From Candidatus Nanopelagicales bacterium (GTDB lineage Bacteria > Actinomycetota > Actinomycetes > S36-B12 > UBA10799), in contig JBIRBF010000003.1 of NCBI GenBank assembly GCA_044326505.1, forward strand, positions 1 to 37,393: 37,393 bases of DNA, written 5' to 3'. Under the pieces are notes generated by a model, which was not told the DNA's origin, searched no databases, and saw only the letters and a list, made by a program, of their open reading frames with translations. Positions 11,385 through 23,018 of this stretch are shown here, in pieces; within the stretch, counting starts at the first letter, position 1, and each line of letters begins with the position of its first letter. Position numbers and translations under genes: made by a program.

Positions 11385-11582
11385 GGTTCACCTCGGCAAG
11401 CAGGCGGACAAGATCCGCGGGGGGGCACGGCATGGCTGGCTGCTGGTGCGGCCGCGCGGTCGGATCGCGCTGCACGTCGACCTCGGAGCGAATTGCGCTG
11501 GCCCACGTGCCCGGAGGCACGCGGCAGGTGCGATCGTTCAGAGGAGACGGGACGTCGTTGGCCCGCCGTGTTGGCCGGAAGC

Positions 11583-12542
11583 CTACCGCACCGGCGGGGG
11601 TGGTGCCTCCGGACCGTCGGCGTCGACGTCGGTGTCTACGGCTGAGTCGGACGACGTCGCCTGCTCGGCTGCCTCCCCCGGCTCGGGAGTCGGGCCGCGC
11701 CCTGGACGGTACAAGTCCGTCTCGCGGGTGGGATGGCGGCGCCCCACGACGATGAAGTAGACCACGCCCGCCAGGCCGATCAGTACCGATGTCCAGACGT
11801 TGATGCGCAGGCCGCCCACTTGGGTGGCCGAGTCGATCCGAACCAGCTCGACCCCCAACCGGCCCAGGCAGTAGAGGGCCACGTAGAGCGCGAAAACGCG
11901 GCCGTGGCCGAGCCGGAACCGCTTGTCCGCCCAGATCACGATCCCCGCGACCGCCAAGCACCACAGCGACTCGTACAGAAACGTGGGATGGAACGTGGCG
12001 TACTCCTCGTAGCCCACCGGCCGGTGGACCGGATCGATCTGGAGCGCCCAGGGCACGGTCGTCGGTCGGCCGAAGAGCTCCTGGTTGAAGTAGTTGCCGA
12101 ACCGGCCGATCGCCTGCGCCACAGCGATGCCGGGCGCGACGGCGTCAGCCAGCGGCGGTACGAGCAGGCCCATACGCCGAGCGGCGATCCAGGCACCGAG
12201 CGCACCTCCCGCCACGGCCCCCCAGATACCGAGGCCACCGGACCAGATCTTCAGAGCGGCGACCAGCCCCTGACCCTCGGGACCGAAGTAGCGATACCAG
12301 TCGGTGGCCACGTGGTACAGCCGAGCGCCGATGATCCCGAACGGCACCGCCCACAGGGCGATGTCCAGGATCTGGCCCTTGGTCCCGCCGCGCGCAACCC
12401 ACCGCCGCTCGGTGATGACCACGCCGACGACGATCCCCAGCAGGATCATCAGCGCGTAGGCGCGCAAGGGAACCGGTCCCAGGTACCAGACGCCCTGGCC
12501 CGGGCTCGGGATGAACGACGCCAGCGCCGTCACCGAGTTCAC
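11583..12542 (-). CDS. lgt: prolipoprotein diacylglyceryl transferase
   Basis: GARLYHV, GGLGIWG, QAIGRFGNYFNQELFG, HPTFLYE; acidic C-terminal tail. Confidence 0.96.
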   Translation of the reverse strand: MNSVTALASFIPSPGQGVWYLGPVPLRAYALMILLGIVVGVVITERRWVARGGTKGQILDIALWAVPFGIIGARLYHVATDWYRYFGPEGQGLVAALKIWSGGLGIWGAVAGGALGAWIAARRMGLLVPPLADAVAPGIAVAQAIGRFGNYFNQELFGRPTTVPWALQIDPVHRPVGYEEYATFHPTFLYESLWCLAVAGIVIWADKRFRLGHGRVFALYVALYCLGRLGVELVRIDSATQVGGLRINVWTSVLIGLAGVVYFIVVGRRHPTRETDLYRPGRGPTPEPGEAAEQATSSDSAVDTDVDADGPEAPPPPVR

Positions 12543-13300
12543 TGGCCCGCGGCTGCGAGGATCTTCGCCTTGAACGCCTCGGCGGAGGACAGATCCTCGG
12601 TGGTCAGCTTGGTGCCGTTGAGGAAGAGCGCGGGCGTGCCGGTGACGCCGCGTTCAGACGCGGCCTGGTTGCTCAGCGTCGGCCACCCGGTGTAGGTCTT
12701 CGCGTCCACGCAGGCCTTGAACGTGTCGAGCTGGGCCCCGGACAGCCCGGCCTGCTCGCCGAACGCCTTGAGCTGGTCGTCGGTGTAGCCGACGCCCTCA
12801 GTGGTCGGCTGGTTGGTGAACACGACATCGTGGTACTTGAGCGTCACGCCGGCGTCCACAGCACAGCCGAAGGCCGCTGCAGCGCGCGTGGACGAGTCGT
12901 TGCGGAGGTTGGCGTCGAGGAAGTTCATGGGGTGATAGACGACCTTGACCTGGCCGCTGGCGACGAGTTCGTCGATCGTCGCACCGGCCGCCTTCTCGAA
13001 CTGGGCGCAGGCAGGGCACTGGAAGTCCTCGTAGATGTCGAGCACCGGCTTCGCCGCCGTGCCCACGGACGTGCCGTACTCCGGCGCCGTCACGCCTGCC
13101 GGCAGCGCCGTGTTGTCGGGCGTCGGGGCGGGCTTGGAACGGGTCGTCCACAGCACGGCGCCGATGATGCCGAGCACGACGACCGCAACAACTCCGATGA
13201 TGGCGATGCGGACGGTGCGCTCGCGGCGGCGCTCACTGGCCTCCGCGGCGGCACGCGCCGAGGCGGCCTTCTCGCGCGTGGACTTCTTGCTCTCGCTCAT
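12539..13300 (-). CDS. membrane-anchored DsbA/thioredoxin-fold protein
   Basis: N-terminal TM helix, YEDFQCPAC (CxxC), GVTGTP cis-Pro loop. Confidence 0.9.
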   Translation of the reverse strand: MSESKKSTREKAASARAAAEASERRRERTVRIAIIGVVAVVVLGIIGAVLWTTRSKPAPTPDNTALPAGVTAPEYGTSVGTAAKPVLDIYEDFQCPACAQFEKAAGATIDELVASGQVKVVYHPMNFLDANLRNDSSTRAAAAFGCAVDAGVTLKYHDVVFTNQPTTEGVGYTDDQLKAFGEQAGLSGAQLDTFKACVDAKTYTGWPTLSNQAASERGVTGTPALFLNGTKLTTEDLSSAEAFKAKILAAAGQ

Positions 13301-13393
13301 GAGCGCAGGTACTCCAGGGTTGACGACGGCGGGCCTGGCGGCGCGCCGATGGAACTGCCGTAGCCGACGATTTTAGGTGACGTGGCCGACGGG

Positions 13394-14188
13394 TCAGCCC
13401 CGCACCCCCGCGGCGAGGTCACGGCTCAATCGGCCGACTGCCTCCCGGGCGGCCGCCGGCGAGGCGGCCGACTGGACCGCCCGCACGAACGCCGAGCCCA
13501 CGATGACACCGTCGGCATAGCCGGCGACCTCGGCCGCTTGCGCACCGCCGGACACCCCCAGCCCCACGCATACCGGCAGCGTCGTTGCGGCGCGGACCCG
13601 CTCGACCAGGTGCTCGGCGGCACCGGACACCGAGGATCGCACTCCTGTTACGCCCATCGTGGAGGCGGCGTAGACGAATCCTGTGGTGGCGTGGGCGACC
13701 GTGCGGATGCGGGCGTCAGTCGAGGAAGGCGCGACCAGGAACACCCGATCCAACCCCGCGGACTCGGTGGCCGCGATCCATGGCTCGGCCTCCTCCGGCG
13801 TGAGGTCGGGTGTGATGGTGCCCACCCCGCCGGCCCGTGCGAGTTCATCGGCGAAGCGTTCGACGCCGTAGCGCTCGATCGGGTTCCAGTACGACATGAC
13901 GAGCGCCGGCGCCCCGCTGGCAGCGGTCGCGCGCACGCAGGCCATCACGTCGTGGATGCGGGTGCCGCCGGCGAGGGCGGTGTCCACGGCGGACTGGATC
14001 ACCGGACCGTCCATCAGCGGATCGCTGTGGGGAAGGCCGACCTCGACGATGTCCACGCCGTTCTCGATCATGGTCGCGATGACGGCCACGGCCTCGGTGA
14101 TCGTGGGGAATCCGGCCGGCAAGTAGCCGACGAGGGCAGCGCGGTCCTCCGCCCGGGTCGCGGCGAAGGTCTCGCCCAGCCTGCTCAT
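13394..14188 (-). CDS. trpA: tryptophan synthase alpha chain
   Basis: [35 protein letters not shown]; ATG at 14188 overlaps the trpB stop. Confidence 0.97.
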   Translation of the reverse strand: MSRLGETFAATRAEDRAALVGYLPAGFPTITEAVAVIATMIENGVDIVEVGLPHSDPLMDGPVIQSAVDTALAGGTRIHDVMACVRATAASGAPALVMSYWNPIERYGVERFADELARAGGVGTITPDLTPEEAEPWIAATESAGLDRVFLVAPSSTDARIRTVAHATTGFVYAASTMGVTGVRSSVSGAAEHLVERVRAATTLPVCVGLGVSGGAQAAEVAGYADGVIVGSAFVRAVQSAASPAAAREAVGRLSRDLAAGVRG

Positions 14189-15396
14189 CGGGCCTCCTCG
14201 CCGAGGTCCATGCCGAACCATGCGGCGGCGGTGTGCACATCCTTGTCGCCGCGGCCGGACAGGTTCACCAGGATCAGCCCCTCCGGACCCAGCCGCTCGC
14301 TGAGCTTGAGTGCACCGGCGAGGGCGTGCGCGGTCTCGATCGCGGGCATGATCCCCTCGGTCCGGCACAGCAGGGCGAAGGCATCCATGGCCTCCGCGTC
14401 TGTGATGGCCTCATACGTCGCCCGGCCGGTGTCGCGCAACCAGGCATGCTCCGGTCCGACGCCCGGGTAGTCCAGCCCGGCGGAGATGGAGTGGGACTCG
14501 ATGGTCTGCCCCTCCTCGTCCTGCAACAGGTAGGAGCGGGTGCCGTGCAGCACCCCAGGAGCGCCACCGGTCAGGGTGGCGGCGTGCCGGCCGGTCTCGA
14601 CGCCGTCGCCCCCGGCCTCGAACCCGAACAGTTCGACTGCTGGGTCGTCCAGGAAGGCCGAGAAGATGCCGATCGCGTTCGAGCCGCCGCCGACGCAGGC
14701 GGCCACCGCGTCGGGCAGCCGGCCGGTGTGGGCCAGGATCTGCGCGCGCGCCTCGCGGCCGATGACGGCGTGGAAGTCGCGGACCAGCTCTGGGAAGGGC
14801 GCCGGGCCAGCCACCGTGCCGAGCAAGTAGTGGGTGTCGTCGACGTTGGCGACCCAGTCCCGCATCGCCTCGTTGATGGCGTCCTTCAGGGTCTGCGAGC
14901 CCGTCGTCACCGGCACCACCTCGGCCCCGAGCAGCCGCATCCGAGCCACGTTCAACGACTGCCGCCGGGTGTCCTCGGCACCCATGTAGACCACGCACTC
15001 CAGTCCCATGAGTGCGGCTGCGGTGGCTGTGGCAACACCGTGCTGACCGGCACCGGTCTCGGCGATCAGCCGCGTCTTGCCCATCCGCACTGCGAGGAGA
15101 GCTTGGCCGAGGACGTTGTTGATCTTGTGCGAGCCCGTGTGGTTGAGGTCCTCGCGCTTGAGGTACAGCTGCGCGCCACCGTGGTCGGCGGTGAAGCGCG
15201 CGGCGGACGTCAGGGGGTTGGGCCTGCCGGTGTAGTCCCGGCCCAGCCGTTCCAGCTCGGCGACGAAGTCGGGGTCCCGCCGAGCCTGTCGGTAGGCCTC
15301 GTCCAACTGGTCCAGGGCGGCCATCAGGGCCTCGGGCACGAACCTGCCGCCGTAGGGGCCGAAGTGCCCGGTCGAATCGGGCATCGTGGAGGTCAC
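14185..15396 (-). CDS. trpB: tryptophan synthase beta chain
   Basis: [14 protein letters not shown] (PLP Lys), [33 protein letters not shown]. Confidence 0.98.
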   Translation of the reverse strand: MTSTMPDSTGHFGPYGGRFVPEALMAALDQLDEAYRQARRDPDFVAELERLGRDYTGRPNPLTSAARFTADHGGAQLYLKREDLNHTGSHKINNVLGQALLAVRMGKTRLIAETGAGQHGVATATAAALMGLECVVYMGAEDTRRQSLNVARMRLLGAEVVPVTTGSQTLKDAINEAMRDWVANVDDTHYLLGTVAGPAPFPELVRDFHAVIGREARAQILAHTGRLPDAVAACVGGGSNAIGIFSAFLDDPAVELFGFEAGGDGVETGRHAATLTGGAPGVLHGTRSYLLQDEEGQTIESHSISAGLDYPGVGPEHAWLRDTGRATYEAITDAEAMDAFALLCRTEGIMPAIETAHALAGALKLSERLGPEGLILVNLSGRGDKDVHTAAAWFGMDLGEEAR

Positions 15397-15447
15397 CGCG
15401 CCATTGTCACCTACGGACGCTGGGGCGGTTGCGCGGGGCGCTCTGAG

Positions 15448-16257
15448 CTACTCGCGCGTCCCGTGGCAGGCCGGGTGCGACCCGGCCGCGACGAGCTCGT
15501 GGACGGCGTCGCGCGGGCTGCGCCCGGTCACCAGCGACTCCCCCACCAGGACCGCGTTGGCGCCGGCGGCGGCGTAGGCGAGCAGATCGTGCGGGCCGCG
15601 CACACCGGACTCGGCGATGAGGACGCAGTCCGACGGCAGCGTGGGCGCCACCCGGGCGAACGTGTCGCGGTCGACGGCCAGCGTCTTCAGGTTGCGGGCG
15701 TTGATCCCGATGATCGCGGCGCCGGCGGCCACTGCCCGCTGGCCCTCATCCTCGTCGTGGACCTCGACCAGCGGCGTGAGGCCGATGGACTCCGCGCGCT
15801 CGATGAGCGAGACCAGTTGCTCCTGCCCCAGGGCCGCCACGATGAGCAGCGCCAGGTCGGCGCCCTCCGCGCGTGCCTCCCAGAGCTGGTAGCTGGTGAC
15901 GATGAAGTCCTTGCGCAGCACCGGGATGTCCACCCGGGCGCGGACGGCGGCGAGATCGGCCAGACTGCCGCCGAAGCGGCGTCCCTCGGTCAGGACGCTG
16001 ACGGCGGCCGCTCCGCCGAGTTCGTAGTCATGGGCCAGCTGCGCCGGGTCGGCGATGGCGGCCAGCGGTCCCTTGCTGGGGCTGGAGCGCTTGACCTCGG
16101 CGATCACCGAGACGCCGGGGGCCGAGAGCGCAGCCCGGCCGTCGATCGGCGGGGGCGCTAGCGCCGCGCGCTGCTGCAACTGCTCTAGCGAGACCTCCCC
16201 CTGACGGACAGCGAGGTCGTCGCGCACGCCGGCGATGATGTCGTCCAGAACGGTCAC
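15448..16257 (-). CDS. trpC: indole-3-glycerol phosphate synthase
   Basis: [30 protein letters not shown]; start GTG-TVLDDII at 16257. Confidence 0.97.
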   Translation of the reverse strand: MTVLDDIIAGVRDDLAVRQGEVSLEQLQQRAALAPPPIDGRAALSAPGVSVIAEVKRSSPSKGPLAAIADPAQLAHDYELGGAAAVSVLTEGRRFGGSLADLAAVRARVDIPVLRKDFIVTSYQLWEARAEGADLALLIVAALGQEQLVSLIERAESIGLTPLVEVHDEDEGQRAVAAGAAIIGINARNLKTLAVDRDTFARVAPTLPSDCVLIAESGVRGPHDLLAYAAAGANAVLVGESLVTGRSPRDAVHELVAAGSHPACHGTRE

Positions 16258-16338
16258 GCGGACACGGTACCCACGGACTGCCGCGATGCCGTCGGGCAGG
16301 GTCCGTGCCAACTGCTGGGAGCCGAGGACGCCGGGCGG

Positions 16339-16836
16339 CTAGCTCAGCCCAGACCCAAGGAAGTCGCCGAAGGGGATGTTGCGCACAACCGTGAAGACGC
16401 AGAGCAAGGCAGCGGCGACGATCAGCAGTCCGCGGGTGAGTCTGGGCGGCCAGGGCCGCGGTTGCGTGCCTCGCCAGGCGTGCCAGACCCACCGAGCGAG
16501 GAAGTACAGGATGAAGGGGACCGCGAGCACGAAGAAGGCGTTGTGGTCGAGCGCGCCGGCGATATCGCCGTGGGCCAGGTCGTGAGTTGCGCGCAGCCCG
16601 CCGCACCCCGGGCAGTCCACGCCCAACAGGTACTTCGTCGGACAGAGCGGGTAGTGACCCGGCTCGTTGGGATCCACCACGGCGAGCAGGGTGGTCGCAG
16701 CGGCCAAGCCGCCGATGGTCGCAAGCGGTGAGATCATGCGGCGCGCGCGACCGCGCGGGCTCGAGCCGGGGACCTGACCCATCTGCGCGGATGCACCCGA
16801 GGAGGCATCGGCATGTGTCGGCGGGGCGATTGACAT
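16339..16836 (-). CDS. DUF2752-family membrane protein
   Basis: CPTKYLLGVDCPGCGGLRA cysteine motif and hydrophobic helices. Confidence 0.85.
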   Translation of the reverse strand: MSIAPPTHADASSGASAQMGQVPGSSPRGRARRMISPLATIGGLAAATTLLAVVDPNEPGHYPLCPTKYLLGVDCPGCGGLRATHDLAHGDIAGALDHNAFFVLAVPFILYFLARWVWHAWRGTQPRPWPPRLTRGLLIVAAALLCVFTVVRNIPFGDFLGSGLS

Positions 16837-16845
16837 GGCGGCTAC

Positions 16846-17124
16846 CTACTCCCTCATCCGGTCGACGACCGAGAACATCGATCCAGTGGCGAGGCTGAGC
16901 ACCACGAGCAGCAGGAACACCCCGAAGCCCAGCAACGTCCACAGCCGAGCCCGCCGCGAGGCCCGCAACGCACCGGCTGGATCATCATGATCCCACATGA
17001 CCCGCACCTGTGCGGCGAAGTAAATCGCGACCACCCCCGTGAGGGGGAAGCAGCACAGGGTTGTGAGGACGGCTGGGACCAGCCAGGAGTTCGGCGGTTG
17101 GGCTCCCGGCCGATGCTCATCCAT
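16846..17124 (-). CDS. CD225/dispanin (IFITM-like) family small membrane protein
   Basis: WLVPAVLTTLCCFPLTGVVAIYFAAQV...GALRASRRARLW + TM helix, the CD225 pattern. Confidence 0.82.
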   Translation of the reverse strand: MDEHRPGAQPPNSWLVPAVLTTLCCFPLTGVVAIYFAAQVRVMWDHDDPAGALRASRRARLWTLLGFGVFLLLVVLSLATGSMFSVVDRMRE

Positions 17125-17135
17125 GGGTATAGAGC

Positions 17136-18596
<1,461 letters not shown>

Positions 18597-18608
18597 GTGC
18601 TGACCCGA

Positions 18609-19292
18609 TCAGCCGGAAGCGTCGGGGTCGGCCTTGTAGCCGTAGCCGCGAACCGTGCGGATGAGCTCCGGATTGCCGAGCTTGCTGCGCAGCTGGGCGA
18701 TGTGGACGTCCACAGTGCGGGTGGTGACGACGCTTGAGTAGCCCCACACCTCGCTGAGCAGCTGCTCGCGGGTAAAGACCCGGCCGGGCTTGGCCATCAA
18801 ATGCGCGAGCAGGTCAAATTCGGTCGCGGTGAGGGCGACCTCCTTGCCAGCCACCATGCACTGCCGAGAGTCCCGGTTGAGCACGACCTCCCCCAGAGTC
18901 AGCTCGTCAGCAACGGTCACGCCTTGGCTGCGGCGGAGGACAGCCTTCAGCCGGGCGACGACCTCGCGCGGGCTGAATGGCTTGGTGATGTAGTCGTCAG
19001 CACCGAGTTCCAGGCCGATGACGCGGTCGATTTCGTCATCGCGGGCGGTACAGAACAGCACCGGCGTCCAGTCGCCCTCCCCTCGCAGCGTCCGGCACAC
19101 CTCCGTGCCGTCCATCGTCGGCAGCCCCACGTCGAGGATGATCGCCGCCGGCCGCTGCTGCCGCACGACGTCGAGCGCCTCGCCACCGTCGCCGACGATG
19201 AGCACTGAGTACCCGTCGCGGGCGAGGTAGAGCTTGAGCAGGTCGGCGATGTTGCGCTCGTCCTCGACAACGAGGATCAGTCCGCGGTTCAC
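18609..19292 (-). CDS. OmpR/PhoB-family response regulator
   Basis: VVEDE, ILDVGLP, GADDYITKPF, winged helix RTVDVHIAQLRSKL...RTVRGYGY. Confidence 0.96.
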   Translation of the reverse strand: MNRGLILVVEDERNIADLLKLYLARDGYSVLIVGDGGEALDVVRQQRPAAIILDVGLPTMDGTEVCRTLRGEGDWTPVLFCTARDDEIDRVIGLELGADDYITKPFSPREVVARLKAVLRRSQGVTVADELTLGEVVLNRDSRQCMVAGKEVALTATEFDLLAHLMAKPGRVFTREQLLSEVWGYSSVVTTRTVDVHIAQLRSKLGNPELIRTVRGYGYKADPDASG

Positions 19293-19302
19293 CGGCGCGG
19301 GC

Positions 19303-19533
19303 TCAGTGCTGCTCGGCGGCCTGGTCGTCGTCCTGGGCGGCGCCGTAGCCGCGCATCGACATGACCTTGCCGACGATAGCCCCGACAGCGACGAACGCCA
19401 CCGAGGTCCAGAACAGCCACGGCAGCGAGAGAACGACGGCCAGGCACCCGACGCTGAACGCGATCATGATGATCGTCACGGCGGTCCAGGCGGCCGGGGT
19501 CTGGCCGTGGTTGTCGTGGACGTCTGCGGACAT
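19303..19533 (-). CDS. HGxxPAAW-family small membrane protein
   Basis: HGQTPAAW motif, two TM helices, GAGGAG RBS. Confidence 0.88.
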   Translation of the reverse strand: MSADVHDNHGQTPAAWTAVTIIMIAFSVGCLAVVLSLPWLFWTSVAFVAVGAIVGKVMSMRGYGAAQDDDQAAEQH

Positions 19534-19591
19534 CGTCGTTCTCCTCAGTGGTCTGCCCGGCGGGTGATCCGTCGGGTGCTGCGGTTGGGGG

Positions 19592-20209
19592 TCATTGTGG
19601 CACTTCCGGCGCCGTCGTGGGATCTTCGCCGCGATCTAGCGCGTCCCACAGTTGCGCCGGGCTAAGCTCGGCACCTTCCGACGGCACGCTAGTCCCGTTC
19701 CTCTGGGCGGCGGCGGCCGGGGTAGATCGCTCGTAGCGGCCGCCCATGGCCGGCCACCGCGCCCCCCGCAGGACAGTCGCCCCGGCGCTTGCCCCCGCAA
19801 GGGCCAACCCGCCGACCGCCACCAGCCACCAGGTCGAGCCCTCCATGGCTACGGGCGCCATGCCGAGGGAGTCAGACAGCCGGTTGGTCGCGTTCGCCGG
19901 CAACCCGGAGCCGACATCGATACAGGCCCAGCTACCGGCGACGGCCGCCACCAGGAGCACGACAGCCAGTACTCGTCGGGCCACACCCTTCGTCGCGACG
20001 ATGCCGGCGACGCCGGCTAGCAGCAGCACGCCGACACCGGCGGCCACCGGCACCAGGGCGCGACCGGGGATCTCCGCGACCACCATCGGCACCTGGCCAC
20101 CTCCGGCGCTCGCGGTCACCCAGGGTCGGCCCACAGCCCACAGCGCGACAGCGGCACCCGCACCCAGGCCCACAAGAGCTGCCGCGTACTCCCGGCCCGG
20201 CGCCGTCAT
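19592..20209 (-). CDS. Trp biosynthesis-associated membrane protein (TIGR02234-like)
   Basis: Multiple TM helices, WPAMGGRYE and LWDALDRGEDPT; ATG overlaps the trpE stop. Confidence 0.88.
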   Translation of the reverse strand: MTAPGREYAAALVGLGAGAAVALWAVGRPWVTASAGGGQVPMVVAEIPGRALVPVAAGVGVLLLAGVAGIVATKGVARRVLAVVLLVAAVAGSWACIDVGSGLPANATNRLSDSLGMAPVAMEGSTWWLVAVGGLALAGASAGATVLRGARWPAMGGRYERSTPAAAAQRNGTSVPSEGAELSPAQLWDALDRGEDPTTAPEVPQ

Positions 20210-21807
20210 CTGGAGCCGCGGGCCGGGCGCGGCGAGCGCAAGGTGGCGGCGACGGCGACGGCGCGCAGCACCGCCATCGCCTTCGTCCGGCACTCCTCGT
20301 GCTCGGCGGCCGGATCCGAGTCCGCCACGATGCCCGCGCCGGCCTGCACGTAGGCCGTTCCATCGCGCAGTACGGCAGTGCGGATCGCGATGGCGGTGTC
20401 CATGTCGCCGGCGAAGTCCAGGTAGCCCACGCAGCCGGCGTACAGGCCTCGCCGAGCGGGCTCGAGGTCATCGATGATCTCCATCGCCCGCGGCTTGGGC
20501 GCACCCGACAGGGTGCCCGCGGGAAAAGTCGCAGCCAGCAGCTCGACCGCGGTGCGGCCTGGCTGCAGCCGGCCAATGACGGTGGACACGATGTGCATGA
20601 CGTGCGAGAAGCGCTCGACCTCCATGAACTCCACGACATCGACCGACCCCGGCTGGCACACCCGCCCCAGATCGTTGCGGCCCAGATCGACGAGCATCAG
20701 GTGCTCTGCCCGTTCCTTCTCGTCGGCCAGCAACTCCTCGGCCAGTCGCTGGTCGTCCTCCTCGGTGTGGCCGCGCGGCCGGGTGCCCGCGATGGGATGG
20801 AGCAGGGCCTCCCCCTCAACCAGCTTCACCAGTGCCTCGGGGCTGGAGCCGACGATGTCGTAGGCCACCACGTCGCCCAGGTACTCCTCGCCGCTGGGGT
20901 CCGCTGCGCCCGCCGGGTCAGGCATGCGGAACAGGTACATGTAGGGGCTTGGGTTGGAGGCCCGCAGCACCCGGTACACGTCCAGCGCACTCGCCGGGCA
21001 TGGTGCCTCGAACCGTTGCGAGAGCACGATCTGGAACGCATCGCCGGCTCGGATGTGCTCCTTGGCTGCCTCGACGACGGCCAGGTAGTCGTCCCGACCG
21101 GTGCGAGAGGCGAACTCCACCGGCACCCCGGTGTCCACCTGGTGGACGCCATCGGCCACGGGTCGGCACAGCTCGGAGGTCATGCGCTCGATCCGCCCCG
21201 AGGCGTCGGCGTACGCGGCGGCAGCGCGCTCGGGCGAGTTGTCGTAGTTGATGGCATTGGCGATAAGCCAGACGCTGCCCTCGTGGTGGTCGAACACCGC
21301 CAGATCCGTGGCCAGCAGCATGGCGATCTCCGGCAGGCCCAGCTCATCCGGGTTGGCATCGGGCAGCCGCTCCCAGCGCCGCACGATGTCGTAGCCCAGT
21401 GCGCCGACGAGGCCACCCGTGAGCGGCGGCAGCCCCGGCAGCCGCGGGGTGGCCAGCGCGGCGAGGACCTCGGCGAGCAGCTCCTCCGGCGGCCCCTCCG
21501 CCCGCAAGCCCGCCGGCACCCGGCCGAACCACGCACCCCGCCCGCCGGAATCGGTCAGGTAGGCCGACGAGCGCACGCCGACGAAGCTGTACCGCGTCCA
21601 GGCCCCGCCCTGCTCTGCGGACTCGAGCAGGAAGGTGCCGGGTCGCTCCGCGGCCAGTGCCCGGTACAGGCTGATGGGGGTGAGGCCGTCTGCGAGCAGG
21701 CGGCGGCACACCGGGATGACGCGACGGTCGGCGGCGAGCTCCACGAACTCCTCGGGGCCGGGTGCGATGCGGCCGTCGGCTCCGAGCGATGCGTAGGCCG
21801 AGGTCAT
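20206..21807 (-). CDS. trpE: anthranilate synthase component I
   Basis: FLLESAE, NPSPYM, GSSPEAL, PIAGTRPRG, AEHLMLVDLGRND, FPAGTLSGAPK, QAGAGIV. Confidence 0.96.
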   Translation of the reverse strand: MTSAYASLGADGRIAPGPEEFVELAADRRVIPVCRRLLADGLTPISLYRALAAERPGTFLLESAEQGGAWTRYSFVGVRSSAYLTDSGGRGAWFGRVPAGLRAEGPPEELLAEVLAALATPRLPGLPPLTGGLVGALGYDIVRRWERLPDANPDELGLPEIAMLLATDLAVFDHHEGSVWLIANAINYDNSPERAAAAYADASGRIERMTSELCRPVADGVHQVDTGVPVEFASRTGRDDYLAVVEAAKEHIRAGDAFQIVLSQRFEAPCPASALDVYRVLRASNPSPYMYLFRMPDPAGAADPSGEEYLGDVVAYDIVGSSPEALVKLVEGEALLHPIAGTRPRGHTEEDDQRLAEELLADEKERAEHLMLVDLGRNDLGRVCQPGSVDVVEFMEVERFSHVMHIVSTVIGRLQPGRTAVELLAATFPAGTLSGAPKPRAMEIIDDLEPARRGLYAGCVGYLDFAGDMDTAIAIRTAVLRDGTAYVQAGAGIVADSDPAAEHEECRTKAMAVLRAVAVAATLRSPRPARGSR

Positions 21808-21867
21808 GTGGGCTCCTGTGGTTGACGGCGCTGGGAACCATTGTGGCCCAGCGCCGCGACCTGCTCG

Positions 21868-22257
21868 TCAGGCCTGCGGCGCGCCGTGGTCGGCGAGGTC
21901 CACCCGCAGGGTGTCGAAGCAACTGCCCAGGCCGGTGTGACAGGCGGGTCCGGTCTGGTCCACCGAGAGGAGCAGGGCGTCGCCGTCGCAGTCCACGCTG
22001 ATCGAGCGCACATGCTGGACGTGGCCCGACGTCTCGCCCTTGACCCAGTACTCGCCGCGCGAGCGCGACCAATACGTCGCCCGCCCGGTGGCGACCGTGC
22101 GCCGCACGGCCTCGGCGTCCATCCAGGCCACCATCAGTACCTCGCCGGAACCGTGCCGCTGGACGACCGCGCACACCAGACCGCGAGCATCGGGGCGCCA
22201 CGGAGCGCCGGGAATCGGCGGGTCATCCGGGTTGGGCGGCACAGGCATGGCGGGCAC
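21868..22257 (-). CDS. hisI: phosphoribosyl-AMP cyclohydrolase
   Basis: [29 protein letters not shown]; start is GTG 22257 or ATG 22248. Confidence 0.95.
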   Translation of the reverse strand: MPAMPVPPNPDDPPIPGAPWRPDARGLVCAVVQRHGSGEVLMVAWMDAEAVRRTVATGRATYWSRSRGEYWVKGETSGHVQHVRSISVDCDGDALLLSVDQTGPACHTGLGSCFDTLRVDLADHGAPQA

Positions 22258-22338
22258 GCCCGCCATCCTGCCAGGCGGCATCCGGCCCCACGACGGGTGG
22301 CGTTAGCGGTGCGGCCGCGTGCCGCCTAGGGTGGTCTC

Positions 22339-22980
22339 ATGTCTGACGTGGATCTAGCCAAGAGCGAGCGAGCCGCCATCTGCGCCCTGCTGGACCAGGT
22401 GGGCCCTGATCAGCCCACGCTGTGCGAAGGCTGGACAACCAGGGACCTCACAGCCCACCTGGTGGTGCGCGAGGCGCGCCCCGACGCCTCTGCCGGCATC
22501 CTGGTCAAGCCGCTGGAGTTCTGGACCGAGAAGGTGCAGAACGACGCCGCCAAGAAGCCCTTCGGGTATCTGGTGGGGCAGGTGCGCAACGGGCCGCCGA
22601 CGCTGAGCTTCTTCGCGCTCCCGGGCATCGACGCCCTGGCCAACTCCATGGAGTACCTGATCCACCACGAGGACGTCCGACGCGGCCAGCCCGGCTGGGC
22701 ACCCCGGGAGCTCGACGAGGCCACCCGGGACCAGGTCTGGAAGCGACTGCGCGGGTCCAAGCGGATGCTGTTCCGCAACGCCACAGTGCCCGTCGCCCTC
22801 GACCCCACCGACGTCACCCACGGCCACCCGGTCGAGGCGCCGCCGCACGGCGTCGTGCTGCGCGGGCCGGTGGTGGAGCTCGCCCTGCACGCCCATGGCC
22901 GGTCCGCGGTCGTCGGCCTCGTGGTCGATGGCGACGATGCGGCCGTAGCCAAGTACGAGGAGACCCGGCTAGGGGTCTGA
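22339..22980 (+). CDS. TIGR03085-family metal-binding protein (DinB/MDMPI-like superfamily)
   Basis: PTLCEGWTTRDLTAHL and EYLIHHEDVRR motifs; typical location between hisF and hisI. Confidence 0.85.
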   Translation: MSDVDLAKSERAAICALLDQVGPDQPTLCEGWTTRDLTAHLVVREARPDASAGILVKPLEFWTEKVQNDAAKKPFGYLVGQVRNGPPTLSFFALPGIDALANSMEYLIHHEDVRRGQPGWAPRELDEATRDQVWKRLRGSKRMLFRNATVPVALDPTDVTHGHPVEAPPHGVVLRGPVVELALHAHGRSAVVGLVVDGDDAAVAKYEETRLGV

Positions 22981-23018
22981 ACCCTGGCCAAGACGGCCGG
23001 CCCCGCCGCGGCTGGCGG

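Noticed and set aside
7164-11645. 1493-aa + strand ORF antisense to gltB, and other long shadow ORFs (3826-5400, 5123-6796, 14233-16161, 19789-21825, 30766-32394)
   Set aside because: They mirror well-supported genes and have no recognisable motifs. Long stop-free antisense frames are expected from strong GC3 bias.
15397-15447. TrpM-like small ORF or Trp attenuator between trpC and trpB
   Set aside because: The gap is only 51 nt, with no suitable ORF or Trp-codon run.
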